A stretch of 64,000 nt of DNA from Carcharhinus amblyrhynchos (lineage: Eukaryota): contig OZ336900.1 in the NCBI GenBank assembly GCA_965287045.1, positions 12,586,001-12,650,000 on the forward strand, in the 5' to 3' direction. Positions 1 to 13,775 of the stretch are shown here, one piece after another; the stretch's first letter is position 1; each line of letters starts with the position of its first letter. The position numbers and the translations under genes are program-made. Under the pieces are notes generated by a model. It searched no databases. It had not been told where the DNA came from and saw nothing but the letters and a program-made list of their open reading frames with translations.

Positions 1-3000
1 GTGCTGGACTGGTTGCTCCATGCCTGTTCTTAATTTTCCCCAGAATAGATTGAAAAGCTCTCATGCTAGTAAGACATTTGATGTGAATATAGTATATTTT
101 AAAAGTCTCTGGAATAGATTTAGAGGTCTATCATTATTACAGTAATTGTGTTTGGTGCCTTATTAGAATGACTTTTGGCCCTTTGATGTTTTCTTAAGTG
201 GCTCAGCAATCTTAATTAAATGAGGGCTGCAATGACTAGGCGAATGGCACTTAAACCCCTTACTTGCAAATAAAAATTAGATATTCTTATGGTAATATTT
301 TACACACCTTTGGCATGGTATGGCTAACCACCCTGCTGGTTTATATTTACTAATTGCAAACTTGAAGCAGTAACCCAATGCTAGTAAACCACATAACCCT
401 TAAAATTCTAATGAGACTACAAGGACTGCATCAGATGCTATTGTTTAAGTGGGTAATGGTTCCAGTAATGTTCTAATTGCAGGTTGAAGTACATTAGCCT
501 GGTATCTACATTTAGGAATTTTTTCACAGCACGGCCTTAAGGGAATAGTTCAGAAAGGCATTACCTCCAAATTCCTGTCATTTACATTTATTACTCACTG
601 TACTCTCCCGAGCTAACCATTCTTTTACTGTTCAATTGCATGAGTTGCGAAAAACAAAATGCTTTGAAACCTGCAGTGAGTTCTAGTAAAATGTGCTTTT
701 TGTCTTCATTTGCCAGAGTATTTAATTGTTATTTTATGCAGCGGTCCAATTAAAAATCTGCCAGTGCTGCAAGTAACTTGATAGTGGATGTTAGTGTGGT
801 GGTGGTGTCTCCCCTGTTTATGTCACACAAAATGTGTACCCCTCCTAGCCTAGTCTCACTGAGTAAGCATCCCTTCAGAGGTTGTCACTGTCGCTGCATG
901 AATGTCCTTGGGAATAAATGACTCAGTTGTGCAGTTGGCGGTTTTACTTTTATAAAGCAAGTTGTTTCCCTGTTGTTTTGTAAGTGAACGCACTGCCTGG
1001 TACTGATCCTTGCAAGCCCTAGCAGTTCCAGATTTGATCAGCATTCTGGGCTGAATTCACTGATCCCAGCTGGGCAGCAATATAGACTTTACAAATTAGA
1101 ATATGCAAAAATATCAAATACGAGGAAAAACCATTCAACCCATCAAAACTGCTGTTTTAACTCTCTCAGCCCAACATATATGTTTGGCTTTATTATCTTG
1201 CCTGCTATGTTATTTCAAATGCTTATTAAGGAAGAAAGAACAGAAGAGTTAGCATTTACGTCAGTGGTTCCCACCAATGTACCACGGCAGCCACACGACA
1301 CACTGGTGTATCCTGAACATCCCCAAGTGTGCCACAAAAAAGATTCAAAATGATTAAAAATTCATTTAATTAAACTAAAATTAACCTTCGTCTTCAGCTC
1401 TGTGGTCAGCTTTTCCAAGACCTGATAGATCTCAGTGTACGTGCCGGCTGGGAAAGAGCCGCACATGCGTGGTTCAGACTTTTTACATTAGTCAGGCCCA
1501 TGCTCATGACCAACGGGACCTGGAGCTGAAGGCAAAGTCCTTTCTGCCCACACACACACATGCAAAAATTCAAACAGGGCGCAAAAAACCCTGGGAGAAG
1601 TGAGAGAAGCAGAGAAATGTTAAAAAAAAGACATATGCAGTTCTGAAAATCACAATATTGAAACCATGCCAATAACTTGTATCTGTAGTTATGCTTAGTT
1701 AATGCCTGGATATAAGATTAGCATTATGCTGAGATTCTGTCCTGCACTTCAGCTTTTCTCCTCTTTTTTAATTATGTTACTGCTTTTTTCTCATGCTACA
1801 TTTTTCTGCCTGAGATAATAGAACTCAAGATATTAATACAAGAAACTGGGGGGAATAAATGTTGGGAAAACTCAGATAATTAGGCAGCATCTGTGGAGAG
1901 AAAAAGTCAACATACATGTTGATGACTCTTTTGAAGTACGAAATCCTGTACGAACATATGTATAATATGTGAACTGTGTTTTTAAGAAAATCAAGGTTCC
2001 CTTTATTCAGCTTATATTTATGTTGAATTGTTTACCTTTTTCCAAGTCAATGGTCCAGGTTTTGCAATAGCTCAAACTGAGGCTATTAGTGTTCAGCATT
2101 ATTATGGCGGAAATGAGATTTTTGCCATCCACACATGTACAGTAAAACATGGAAACCCGATTCCCTTCCCATTTTTTGACCATGTTCTCTTTGATGACGA
2201 ACGCAGGCTGAAAATTGCTCCCAAAATGTCTTTTGCTGGAGGGCGGTTCAGAGTAAACAGGAGGTGTGTCTGAAATTTCCTTTATAGTGTAGAGGTGTAC
2301 TGTGATATTCAAGAGGTTGGACACCACTGATTTATGCAATGCTTTTGTTGCACCTGAGCTGCAGAATAGGTGCAAGAAGGCCTAATTTTGGGCACCAATA
2401 TCCTCTCCTCAAAAGACACCTGGCAGAGGACTGGATAAAATTGGGTAGGGGATTTTTCAAACATTATCAACAGTGACCTAAAACAAAAATTAGGCTCCTT
2501 AAGTATGTAGATAAGAAGCCTAAATCCTGTTTCAGAACCATTTCAGGAAAGTGGGGTGGAGTAGCTGCCAGCTCAGGCCAAGGCCAAATTTTGAACTGTC
2601 TCAAGGCCCTCGTTCAGGTACGCCTTGCAGCCACATCACCACCTGAGCTTGAGAAGCTCGTGCCAATGGATTTCTACCCACCTTCCCCCAGGCTTTAAAA
2701 TCCTGAGAAAAAACTGTCTGCCAAAAATCAGAAGTTGCTCGCTCTCCAAATCCCCTCCCATCATCACCACTTTACCTGCCAATCAGAGGTTGCCTGCAGG
2801 CCAAATGTCGAAGATTGAGTGGACATCCAGTGTGCACAGTGTAGGTCCAATTATAGATATTGGTAACTTCTGTGGGATACCAACTACTAGTCTGGAATTA
2901 GCACCCCCCCCCCTTCCCCTCCACAGCCCCCCAGTTGCCCTGAATAGCAGTCAGAGTTAGGAAATAAATTGAAGGAGAAAAGGAAGAGGGATTTAAAATT

Positions 3001-3749
3001 GTTAATGAAGGCTTCCCTGATTTCTTTTGCACTTTTACCCGTAAAATGAGATTGTGCTGAGAAAATGCTGTGCCAGGTGATCACATGAATCTTGTGTTGC
3101 AGGTTTAGTAACAGACTGCCCCTTTAGTTTTGTTAAGTGTATCAGACATGTCCACATTGGGCAGACATGAGCATTGCCCTTTGCTGTTCTGCTAGCACCA
3201 TGATCTTGTCATGAACAATGCAAGGCTCCAGCTAATGCGTTCCAGTGCTGCAACTACTACTTTTCATTAAAACTTGCCCAAGCAATGAAGTGAATTAGGT
3301 TTTAATTAGCCTTTATATCAAGTTAAAAGTGACAGGTTCTGATTTATGAGGCACTTCACTTTTATTTTGCTTTCTGCAATTCAACACTACAATTACACAT
3401 CCCATGAATAAAAATAGTAACATGCACCCATTTGGACTTGAAAATAGAACACTACCAGTCTTCCTTTAAACAGTGAATTCCCTTTGGAGTGGAATTTCAC
3501 TGTTCATCATCTTAGACCTATAAAGGTTATATTGTAGAATTAAAAAATGGAATTTTGTCAGAGAGCTTATATTAAGTAGCGTAAAGGCTATTATTTATTG
3601 CCTCAGTGAGGGCTGCATTATTCAGCCCCATTTTGAAGCATTATTAATTTATTTCTGTTCATGTACGCACCTGAACTCCTGGTTTTCTTTTGTTCAGCCC
3701 CCCCCATGTGCCGATAGATGCTACACAACAGCAACTACAACAAAACAAA

Positions 3750-3840
3750 ATCAAAATACTGCAGATGCTGGAAGTCTGAAATAAAAACTGGAAATGCTGA
3801 AAATACTTAGCAGACCTGGCAGTCTCCATGGGGATAGAGA
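3750..3840 (-). mobile_element. Old Penelope-like terminal-repeat fragment (related pieces at ~1850-1930 and, inverted, ~5060-5180)
   Basis: caaaatactgcagatgctggaagtctgaaataaaaac...gcagacctggcag is a common shark repeat motif; a reverse-complement copy lies at ~5090-5178. Confidence 0.5.
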
Positions 3841-3864
3841 GGGAGGGAAGATGACAACAGCTGC

Positions 3865-4140
3865 TTACATAGTACCTTTAACATCGTGAAACACCCAAGG
3901 CTTTTCATAGGAGGATGATCAAATAAAATTTAACACACAAGGAGATGTTAAGGCCACATGCTTGATCAAAGAGGTAGGTTATAAGCAATGTTTTAAAGGA
4001 GGAAGAAAGGCAAAGAGGTTCAGGGAGCAATTTCCAGAGCAAAGAGTTTTGTCGGCTGAAGACATAGCCACCAATGGTAGAACGATTAAAATCGAGGGGT
4101 GCTCAAGAGGCCAGAACTAGAGGACTTGCAGAGACCTCTG
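3865..4140 (-). mobile_element. Decayed L2-like LINE 3' fragment
   Basis: Reverse complement resembles the L2-type tail at 5380-5700; similar copy at 29220-29560. Confidence 0.55.
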
Positions 4141-4149
4141 AGGGTGAAG

Positions 4150-4600
4150 TGGGTCAAATACTCCATTGATCACAAACTTCCTATCAGCAACAACACAGAA
4201 GCTGAATAACATCTGAAAGGCACAAAATCAGATGAAGAGCATGTTAAAATTTGGGAATACTGCAAAAATGGATGGCCAGAATATGTTCCAAATAATCTTA
4301 TCCTGAAACAATACTTCAAGCAAAGAAGACATCTCAGTGTTGTGGATGACTTATTGATTTATGATGAGAGATTGTTCACATCTGGAGTTCTTAGACTCGA
4401 GATCCTTCAGAGAATACACCAGAGACATTAGAAAGTGTCGTGTTAGAGAGCTGAATTCCATTTGGTGACTAGGGATCTCAAAATAATGAGGGAATGATTT
4501 TGAGCTGCATCGCCGGTCTGACCATCACCATGAGCAAAGGAAACCTCTGATGGTATATTCATTTCCATGTCAAAACTTCTGATGGGAAGACAGTAACAAA
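4150..4600 (+). mobile_element. Ty3/Gypsy LTR-retrotransposon pol remnant (integrase Zn-binding region), pseudogenised
   Basis: Manual translation gives ...WEYCKNGWPEY... and LSVVDDLLIYDERL...LRLEILQRIHQRH, then after a frameshift KCRVRELNSIW*LGIS. This resembles the Gypsy IHxGHxGxxKCxxRARxSVWWPGI motif. Confidence 0.75.
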
Positions 4601-5379
4601 CTCAACTTTCTGTTGTTCCATACGCGTTTATGCCAAGTCTCAAAACAACAGAGAGCAAGTGGGGTTGGGGGTGGGGGTGGAGGTGGGAGATGTTTATCCT
4701 GCAAATCAAACCAGAAACTATAATCAGTGCCATAGAATGCACAATTTACCAGAACTTCAACCAGTCTGGACTTGTGACCAAAATTGAGAAGGCCAAGCAC
4801 TGGGGAAAAAGACACAACCTGCAGTTTTGTAGAGACTGAAAATGGAATTGTGAAGGGAAATAGAAGTGCACCAGTATAACTACAAGAGGACCATCAATGG
4901 AATAGACCAACTATCCATCTGATCAGGAAGACAACCAGAGCAGAGAACGAATAGCCTTTGATAATTTACGTACTACACTATGAGATGCGAAGGATAATGT
5001 GAAGAACTTGAATCCTGTGCAAGCTCTGAGCTGACAGCAGGGTCGGAGAGATTGGTGAGCACAGACCTGGAACACTGACTCTTTTCCTCACTCCCCAGAT
5101 GCTGCCTGACCTGCTTGAATGCTCCAGCATTTCCCACGTCTGCTTCACATTTTCAGCAGCTTCACTATTTTGTTTTTGTAATCATTAAGACAGTCTGCGG
5201 GCACTGTGTGTTTTCAGCAACTGGTTATTTGAAGGACACTAGTGTACAGAAGCCCAGGTGGGTCCCAGCAATGGAAAGCCATAATTTTGATAAAGCCTTG
5301 ACATTGAGAAACAAAACAAAAGATTTAATGGAAGTTTTCATTAAGATTTTGATGGTGTTAATAGGGAGAAGGATATCCA

Positions 5380-5700
5380 GCCTCACAATCCTCCCAAGTT
5401 CTCTGCACTGCTCTCGTTCTGACCTCTTCAGCATTCCAATGTTAATTGCTCCATCGTTGGTGGCCTTTAGCTGCCTGGACTCTAAGCTCTGGAATTCCCT
5501 CACTAAACCTCTCAACCTTTCGACTTCTCTTTCCTCCTTCACGACAGTCCTTAAAACTTACCTCTTTGACCAGGCTTTTGAACATCTGCCCTAATATTGC
5601 CTTATGTCATTTAGTGTGAAACTTTGCATTCTTACACACCTGTGAAATGCCTTGCAATGTTTTGTTATATTAAAGGCGCTATATAAATACACGTTGTTAT
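5380..5700 (+). mobile_element. L2-like LINE 3' end
   Basis: RAFS..LWNSL..SFKT.LKTYLF-type C-terminal remnant (ORF 5115..5594) followed by the tail ttaaaggcgctatataaatac. Confidence 0.7.
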
Positions 5701-6276
5701 TCTGACTGGGGGTTGGAGCAAGGTGAAATTCCTTTCTGTGAAAGATTGTTTGGATATGGAATGCTTTGAAATTTAACAAAACTGGTTTTACACATAGATA
5801 GGTGCAATGATTTTGTTGAAATGTGTGGTACAGAAATATGAACTGTGGTTGCCAGGTACAGGGATGAACTATTGACAAAGGGTCAATGAGAGTTCATTAT
5901 AGCTGACAAAGGTGAAAGTCCTATTGAACATTTAAAGTTATGCCTGTATCCTGAAGGCAGTAATTGACTAATTATAGTTCTTGGGCTGCCATCAATATTT
6001 ATTATATCCTTAAGTTAAATTTATTTTTAACAGGAGTTTTTTTTACCGTTTTCCTGTCAGACTTGCACTTTGTGCCCCGAGTAGTGAAGCTTCTACATAT
6101 GTTAGGGCTAATTTTAACTCTTCCCTGATCAGCAGGAATGGAGTGGCTCCAGTAGAACAAAGGAGTGGCAACAAAGGAATGGCTTTACTTGCTGCTGTGC
6201 TTGCACCAATCTACATTGTTAACAACATTTAGCAACAGATGCAGCCACAACTAGCAGGAGTCCTATAAATAAATTG

Positions 6277-6559
6277 GGGGCAGCACAGTGGGTAGCATTG
6301 CTGCCTCACCACCACGGACCCAGGTTTGAGTCCCGGTTTGGGTCACTATCTGTGTGGAATCTGCACATTCTCCCTGTATCTGTGTGGGTTTCCTCCCACT
6401 GTCCAAAAGGCGTGCTGGTTAGATACATTGGCCATGCTAAATTCTCCCTCCGTGTACCCGAACAGGCGCTGGAGTGTGGCCACTAGGGGATTTTCACAGT
6501 AACTACATTGCAGTATTAATGTAAGCCAACTTGTGATACTAATAAATAAACTTTAAACT
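6277..6559 (+). mobile_element. Shark tRNA-derived SINE (HE1-related head; taataaataaacttt tail)
   Basis: A/B-box-like head ggcagcacagtgg..gcattgctgcctcac..ggtttgagtccc and body gtggaatctgcacattctccc. Inverted copies at 47895-48175 and 10515-10597. Confidence 0.88.
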
Positions 6560-9500
6560 GAAAGTGCAAGCCATTTTGCATGGCAATGGAATTTTAACTG
6601 GCTGCCCACACCTTCCTGTCAGGAAGTCGGTGAAGTCTACAAAGTTAAGTTTAAGAAAAGCTTTCCTTTCATGAATAATAATCCTCAGAGAAATTCCAAG
6701 CCTCCATAGGCACCTCCATCCCTGCACCCTGAATTTGCCGAGCTGCCGACAGCCGTCTTCTGGTAGCGGGTAACTTGATTTGCATTGTTTTCTGCAAGAT
6801 TCAGATGAGGCCTGGCAGTTATAACCTTCATCTGATGTGAGCTCCCTCCTCTATCTGACTCCCTCAATAAAGAAAGTAGTTTTTTGTGTCCGTATCCTAT
6901 CAAATCCCTTAAGGCTCTTAAACACCTGGGTGGACCACATCCTCTCCTCATTACTTACCCATTTAAACCCATGGTGCCATTCTTCTGGACATCCACTGAA
7001 TCTCCTCCATCTTTCCTGATGATAATGCAGCACTGTCCCAGTACTGTAGTGAAATGCCAGCCTGGATTCTCCGTCACACACCATGATTCAGAAGTGAGGT
7101 TGATGCCACTCAGACACATTGTTGCATAAACAAGAGCCAGAGACCAATAAGAGATCTGAACTTTAATACTGGTTTTAAGATATGTGGTAAAATGGATGAA
7201 CCCTGTACCTCTGGAAGGCTAAAATTGTGGGAGCCTTGACAAGGAGGCAATGGTTGCTGCCAATAATGTATCCACCCAAGATCCATGATCATTGAGGGAT
7301 GCAGGTTTTAGGTGATTGATGGTAAGTGGGGGAGGGGGAGGGTGGGAAATTACATGGGAGGGGTGGACAGTGGCGTCAGAAGAGAGGGCAGGGTGGTGGT
7401 TGTCAGCCAACCCTTCCTTCCTGATGCCAAATCCCTCAATTTGAAGGACACATCTTGCACCTCCGCTGGAAGCTCGCAAACACCAAGAGGGTTTGCTTTT
7501 TGGATTTCTTGCGTGGCAAGATTCTGCCTGCTGCTGGGTGAAGACCAGTTAGGGCATAGTGAATCCCTCAGGTGGGCATTGATTGCCCCTCTAAACTTGC
7601 AGTTGGCACGAGGTTGGGAAGGCCAACCACAAGAGTTGCCAACCCGCTTCAATCAGGCCAGAGATGGGAAGGTGTGGGGCCCCCCATCTGATATCCTCCC
7701 ACCCTATTTGATGATCCCTCACCACCAAACCCACCTAGGAAGAGAGTATTAAATTCTGCCTGCATGTGTAGAAACAGTCCTACGTACCTGAAGCCCAATG
7801 TAATCTGGTTTCCATGTTTCTGCACTGCACGATGTGGTAATGAATGTAAATGGGGAATGAGGGAGTGTTTACCGACTGTTACCAACCCTCCAGCTTGTCC
7901 TGCAGTCACCAGGAATTAAAGATTAATCGCCTCCTGGAGTTTGCTGCAAGCAAGAGTGCGAGAAAGAATGTAGGGGGTGGCTTCAAAAGATAAATTGTTT
8001 GCCCTTGTTTTTCATTTTCATGGAGCACTTTGTTCATTGGTAATAAAAATATTGGGTGATGGCATAGTGCCTGTTTTTATAGGGCAGTTAGAGGTGAGAG
8101 TTTATGTAGTGGAACCTCCAGGAACACATCCAAATATTGTTGGCAATCCTGTGTTCTCCTGAAACCGGAACAAAGGGAAGCCATAAAGTACAGTACATCA
8201 ACCCATAAAATGGTGGCCAGCAGTGAATTAATTCATGTGTTGACTTGCCCGGCAGAGGGGTAGGGGGGCATGGTAGCGGAAGGTCCAAAAAGCAGCAGAG
8301 CTCCCTGTGAGCTGTTTCCAACTGTTGGCAATTATTTGAAATTTATGGTCATCAGTCAAGTTTCCACCCTGTTGGTGAATCAAAGTGAAAGAAATGAAAA
8401 AACTCACATAATTCATCTTTTAAAGTGCTTATGGAGCTCAAAGGTAGTTCCATAAGGCTTGTGGCTTGCCCAGGGTATGATTTTATATTAAGCCTAGATC
8501 ACAAGCGTAAAACATTGCAAGTGTTCAGTGTAGCTGTCAAAGGCAGCTTTCTGGGATTTACAAGGCTAATTACACTCACTGATATAATGTCGACCATGAA
8601 TTTACAGTGTATGTATTCTGCATATGACCTCAGTGGGGGGTTGAATTCCCATCCAGGCTGTACAACATAAATCTGGTGCCGTGGCCAGCTGCTAAGTGTA
8701 GGTCACACTGTTGGTTGCAGGGGTCACACAGGGCTGTCATGTGACTGCTAATGAAGTTATCAGCAGCTTGTTAAAAGTTGTGAACATCTCGTGTGTGTTT
8801 TTGATTGTCTCAGTGCCCCACTTCCTGACTGGTGTGAGTAATCGCATCAACAAGCTCAGGACAGGCTGTGTAAGTCAGAGGCATTCATCTGGGCCAGGAC
8901 GTTAAACCGGCAACTTGGGGAATGCAGCATGTTAACTAGAGATACGAGATCTCATAAAAGTGACCTTTACAAATCCTCATAAGATTCAGATTTATTTCTG
9001 TGGCAAGTTCCGTCGCCTCAGGTTTAATCGCAGACAGCAAAATCCATTTTCTTTTGTTTTAGGATTCAAAGTGTGCAGTTAAATGAGATTGCAGTGAATA
9101 TCAGATGACTTGAGTCCTCGTGCAAAACAGTTCAAGATGAAATGACGCAAGCAGATTCTCATACCAGGCTCTGCAGCAAGACCAAGATCTGCAGCAGTGT
9201 GTGTGCTGCAGCTTTGCGCAAAACAGGCAAACTGACAGGAAGGAGAGTGGGTCAGCCACATTCAGAAATAGCATTAACTTTGTGTGCCTTAGTGCAAGCA
9301 ACAGCAGCTGAGTGCAAAGGTCAAAGTCCAATTTCAACTCTGAGTCATTTTCTTTGCCAGTTAGAAGTTCGACTAGAGCCCCAGCGGTTGAGCCTGGGTT
9401 ACTTTTTAGTTCTTCATCCTCACCTCCCATCCATTTTGGACAGAAAGTGATGGGATGTCAGGCAGCTGCTGGCTTGGCTGCTGGGGTTGTCCTGCAGGTG

Positions 9501-9834
9501 GGTGGCATGAGGGGAATGGTAAAGGAGAGGACAGGAAGGGAGAGTCCTCAGTAGGGGTGTATTAAGCTTTGCATGCTGAGCTGGAGGAGCATTCCTATTC
9601 CTGTTTGAGCTCAAGATTGGCTCTGAGTTACCTTGCCGACTTATTATTTCGTCAGCAACGCCACTCGAGCTTCCCCGTCAGATCAGCAAGGTAAGGTTGC
9701 AGTCAGGTCCCAATGACATGATCAGGATCCAGTATTCACGTGCAAAAAAAAATTCTATTGACCTCAGATGGATGTCCTTGCTACCAACTCTGGCCAATAT
9801 TTTTACCTGCATTTGGTATTATGCTTTCTGGGGG

Positions 9835-10150
9835 AACAGAAATGCAATACCGTAGGAGTGCTGCTCTATCAGAGCTGCAGGATTTCATACAAAAGGTTAA
9901 AGGTGGATATGGATCTTATGACACTATTTGAAGAGGAGCAGGATGATTCTTTTTGGTGATTTTTTGACTGGCCAATATTTCTATCTCAATCAATATCTCT
10001 AAAACAGACTTTCTGGCCATTTAGCTCATTGCTGTTTGTTTTGCACAACTTGACTGCCTTAATTTTTCTTCATTCCATCAGTGACTACACAAAAGTATTT
10101 AATGGATCTGAAGCCCTTGGGACAATAGGCACACTGAAAATGCAAGTTCT
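9835..10150 (+). mobile_element. Decayed Deu-domain SINE (SacSINE1/AmnSINE-like)
   Basis: aggtggatat..gatcttatgacactatttgaagaggagcagg...tggccaatattt...cattgctgtttg; parallels the copy at 12600-12995. Confidence 0.6.
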
Positions 10151-10514
10151 TTTGTTATTTTACCTCTCCTATACTTCCTGTTTGGGCTCTAGGGCAGGAT
10201 GAGGATTGATTTTCCAACAGTGTCATTTCATGATCTGCTGCTGAGGGATGTTTGTTCTGGGTGGATGGATACTGTTATTCCAACTTTCCTTCAGCGATGC
10301 AAACTGCTAAGACGGAATCGACACATCTTTCCCAGTGACAATAACTGAGTGTAAGGGACAGTTAAGATTCCATTTCCAAAGCAGTTTCCTCTGGTTGGAG
10401 GTATCCCTGGCGTGAGTTAGGTTCTAGGTATTTGATTTTGCTGTGCTGATCAAAATGCCATCCAAATGATGGGAGGAAAATATGTGTAACTTGCTTGAAA
10501 TTGAGAGTTAATGA

Positions 10515-10597
10515 TTTTAAAGTTTAAAGTTTATTGCTTAGTGTCACAAGGAGGCTTACATTAACACCACGATGAAGTTATTGTGAAAATCCCCTAG
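10515..10597 (-). mobile_element. SINE 3' tail fragment
   Basis: Reverse complement of the tail of the SINE at 6480-6557. Confidence 0.75.
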
Positions 10598-12599
10598 GGG
10601 AACCCTTGGACCCTTGAGACAACTTGGTTTGGAAATTTGCAGCCAAGCTTATTTAAATGTGTTAAGTACTAAAAGTTTACCCTCTGCCCTGCAGAATTAT
10701 TGCAAGTAAAAAGATTAATGTTTCTTCTCCATAATAGTATCCAACATATGCTGATTATCATTTGGCTAGGAATGCTGCTGATTCCTTCAGGGGATTTAGT
10801 CTTGTTTGGACTGTTTATTTTTGTTCTATGAGTGATATTTATGATAATCTACAAATCAGCAAAAGTCCTTGTGTAGCCTGGCGCCATTTGGGGTGTGCCT
10901 TGCCTTCACCTGTGGCTTTTGGCAGTTCTTGTGTCTCTCGGAGACTCCAGTGCTGCCCAGCAGTGGGATGTGCCCAGGGCTGTAATTTAGCCCCATTTCC
11001 TCTTGCTTTCCTTTTGCTCTGCAGTGATTGGAAAGAAAGGGATTTTTTTTTTAAAAGGAGAAGCAGCCAATTTCAACGTTCAGAATAAGTGAAAGAACGT
11101 TATTAAAACGAAGGGTTCTGAGGGCCCATTGGCACTACTTGTTCTCAATCATAAAATTGAACATTGGACTTTCTACACCTGAATTCCATCATCACTATTT
11201 TCTCAATGAATGCTTTAGAAAGAAGGTATGTGGCAGTGGGGAGGGGGGGAATGTCAGGGGACAGGAACCTTTTGTGGGCCTCATTTAATTAGCTTTAATG
11301 CATAATTGATCACATGCCAAATTGTCCAGGTACAGGGTAAGCTCCATTTAAAAGCCCCAGGCATTGGACGTGGAAGCCTTGTGGCCACTGGGACCTCTCC
11401 GAACAACAATTGTCGGTCTGGGCTTGGTTGATGGACAGCTGAGAGTGAAAGATTGTTCAGCTTGGATGAATGAGGAACGAAGAGATAATTAGGCTTCTCC
11501 CCTAGCTGATGATCTGCATGTGCTGATTTTACATCACGAGCTCCAACATGCGGATGAGTAAGTTGGAGAAAGACCAAGAATGGGCCTCACAGTAATATGA
11601 AGGAAACTGTTGTTTGGCACATTTCACAAATGAACCCAGAAGCAAAAGCAGGACATTTCTTTTGGTATTTGAACTTATCGAACATTTATTTTAATCTTGA
11701 AAATGCATTTATCAATTGAGCTGGAAGAGATTGATGTAGAATTGGAATCTGGTCACTGTTCAGTTCCAGGATTCTATTGTCTCTCGTGTGTTTCTAGGCA
11801 TTTCCAAGATTGAAGACAAGGGCCGGTATTTTACAACCTCGCACGGGCAAGGCTCGTACTCCGGGGCGGGCAAGGTGGTAAAATTCCAGTCAGTGGGTTT
11901 TATTTCAGACAGTTTGGATCAAAGGCAGTGTGAATGCAGATTCAATGTTTTAACTAAGTTAGACTTCAGTGAAAATTGCAGCATCATTATTATCAGCTTC
12001 CATAGCTACACAACTGGTATGATGTGCATACCTAGTACACATTCTGTCTCACAAACTGGAAAGAGCAGGAAAGTGGCTCTGTAGCAGTAAGGAGACAAAA
12101 TGATATATAACAAGGGATTGGTGCGCCTTTCGAGAAGTGGCGAGATATACACAAACATTTCACCTTGGTGATCGATTTCCTGATTTTTTTTTCAGGTGTG
12201 ACATGAAATCCAGGTTTAACTTATTTCTGTGTAATATATCTGTTCTGCAAATGTGTAGAGAGTGTAGATGATTTGCAATGTTGACTATTTCACCTTTTAA
12301 ATGAATAAATAAGATATAATTTCAGAAACATGACAGCAATTCTGTGGTGCAGGGGTTTTCTGAGCATGGAAATATTTCACGTGCTGCAGCGTAACTATGG
12401 TGGGTAGATGATTAAAAGATGTTCTATATTCATTAATTTTTGTGAGTTATTTGCCACTGTCTGCCACCCAATTTATATTTTTCTGTTTACAGAAGTGAAT
12501 TCGAAAAACAAAGGAAGAGGATGAAATTTACATTTGCTAGAATTTTGTTGTTGTCAGTTAATCTTTCCACTTCCTTTTGTTCTGGAGATTTTGGTTTTC

Positions 12600-12995
12600 T
12601 TGCTCGGGTGCCGCTTATGGCTCTGTTGGGAGCACTCCCCAGAGTCAGAAGATTGTGGGTTGAAATCACTTCAGCTCAAGAACCCAGGATGACACTGCAG
12701 TGCAGCGCTGAGAGTGTGCTGGACTGTTGGAGGTTCTGTTCTTTCAGATGGAACCAAAACTCCATCTGCTCTCTTCGGTGAAAGATCCCAAATGCTATTT
12801 TGAAGAGTTCACCCCAATATTTATCCTTCAATCAACATCATTTTTTTTTAAGTAACAGGTTTTGTGGTCATTATCACATTGCTGTTTGTGGGAACGTGGC
12901 ACGTACCAATTGATTGCCAGGTTTCCAACATTGTAACAGTGACTGTACTTCAGGTGTGCTTCATTGGCTGTAAAGCTTTGGGACATCCCAAGGTC
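12600..12995 (+). mobile_element. Deu-domain tRNA-SINE (SacSINE1-like) with L2-type tail
   Basis: gagtcagaagattgtgggttgaaatc head; ggaggttctgttctttcagatg..aaagatccca core; tcattggctgtaaagctttgggacatcc tail. Confidence 0.7.
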
Positions 12996-13439
12996 ATGAC
13001 AATTCCATGTGTGAGTTGAGCAATTAGTTTTGGATTGTAGGAAAAATTGCTTCCAAACCTAATCAGGAAATTTCTGGCCAGTGCTGAACCATTGGACATT
13101 GCAAAGAGCATCAACAATGACAGACTTTCACTATCATCCCACCCCACAGTTCAAATGTTTCATCCCCAGGGACAATTCTTGCGACCCTATAGCTACTCAG
13201 CTGAGAGCAACTGGTCCACCCAAACTTGGATTCTTCTGTGTGTCTTATGCACCTGAGGCAGTGAATCAGCCTATTGACGCAAAAGGCTGGAGTCAGGACT
13301 ATTGCGCAATACGCAATAGTCAGGAGGACTCCAGGGCAAATCAGTTTTCTCCCCTTGACTAATCTGCTAAAGACATTGACGTCTTGTTTGTTCCATCGAT
13401 GCTGGTTGATCCACAGAGGCAGGACTATGTGACCATGAG

Positions 13440-13775
13440 AAGATGGCACAGTGACAAGAGACTTGTAATCCAGAGACCTGGGCTAATGCTCCAGGGATGT
13501 AGGTTCATATGGCAGCTGGTGGAATTTAAACTTAATAAATCTAGAATGTAAAGGTAGTTTCAATAATGGTAACCTTGACAAATATGATCAATTGTCATCT
13601 GGTTCTCCAATGCCCGTTAGGGGACAAAATCTCATCCTTACCTGGACTGGCTTACATGTGACCCCAGATCCACAGCAATATGATTAACTACCACTTGAAA
13701 GGTCTGTTAGACCAAGGGCAACTGGCAACAGGAACAAATGCTTGCCAGCAACGTCCACCTCCCACAAGAGAATAA
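13440..13775 (+). mobile_element. tRNA-derived SINE, same family as 18677-19350
   Basis: Shares gtaatccagagacc..ggcagctggtggaattt..catctggtt..ccttacctgg..ccacagcaat..agggcaact. Confidence 0.75.

Noticed and set aside
4661-4690. G-quadruplex-like G runs (also 17446-17501, 25681-25710)
   Set aside because: Low-complexity tracts far from exons, with no supporting context.
12181-12200. Possible recursive splice site ttttttcag|gtgtga (also cag|gtattt at 24997)
   Set aside because: Weak donor consensus, expected by chance in long AT-rich introns.
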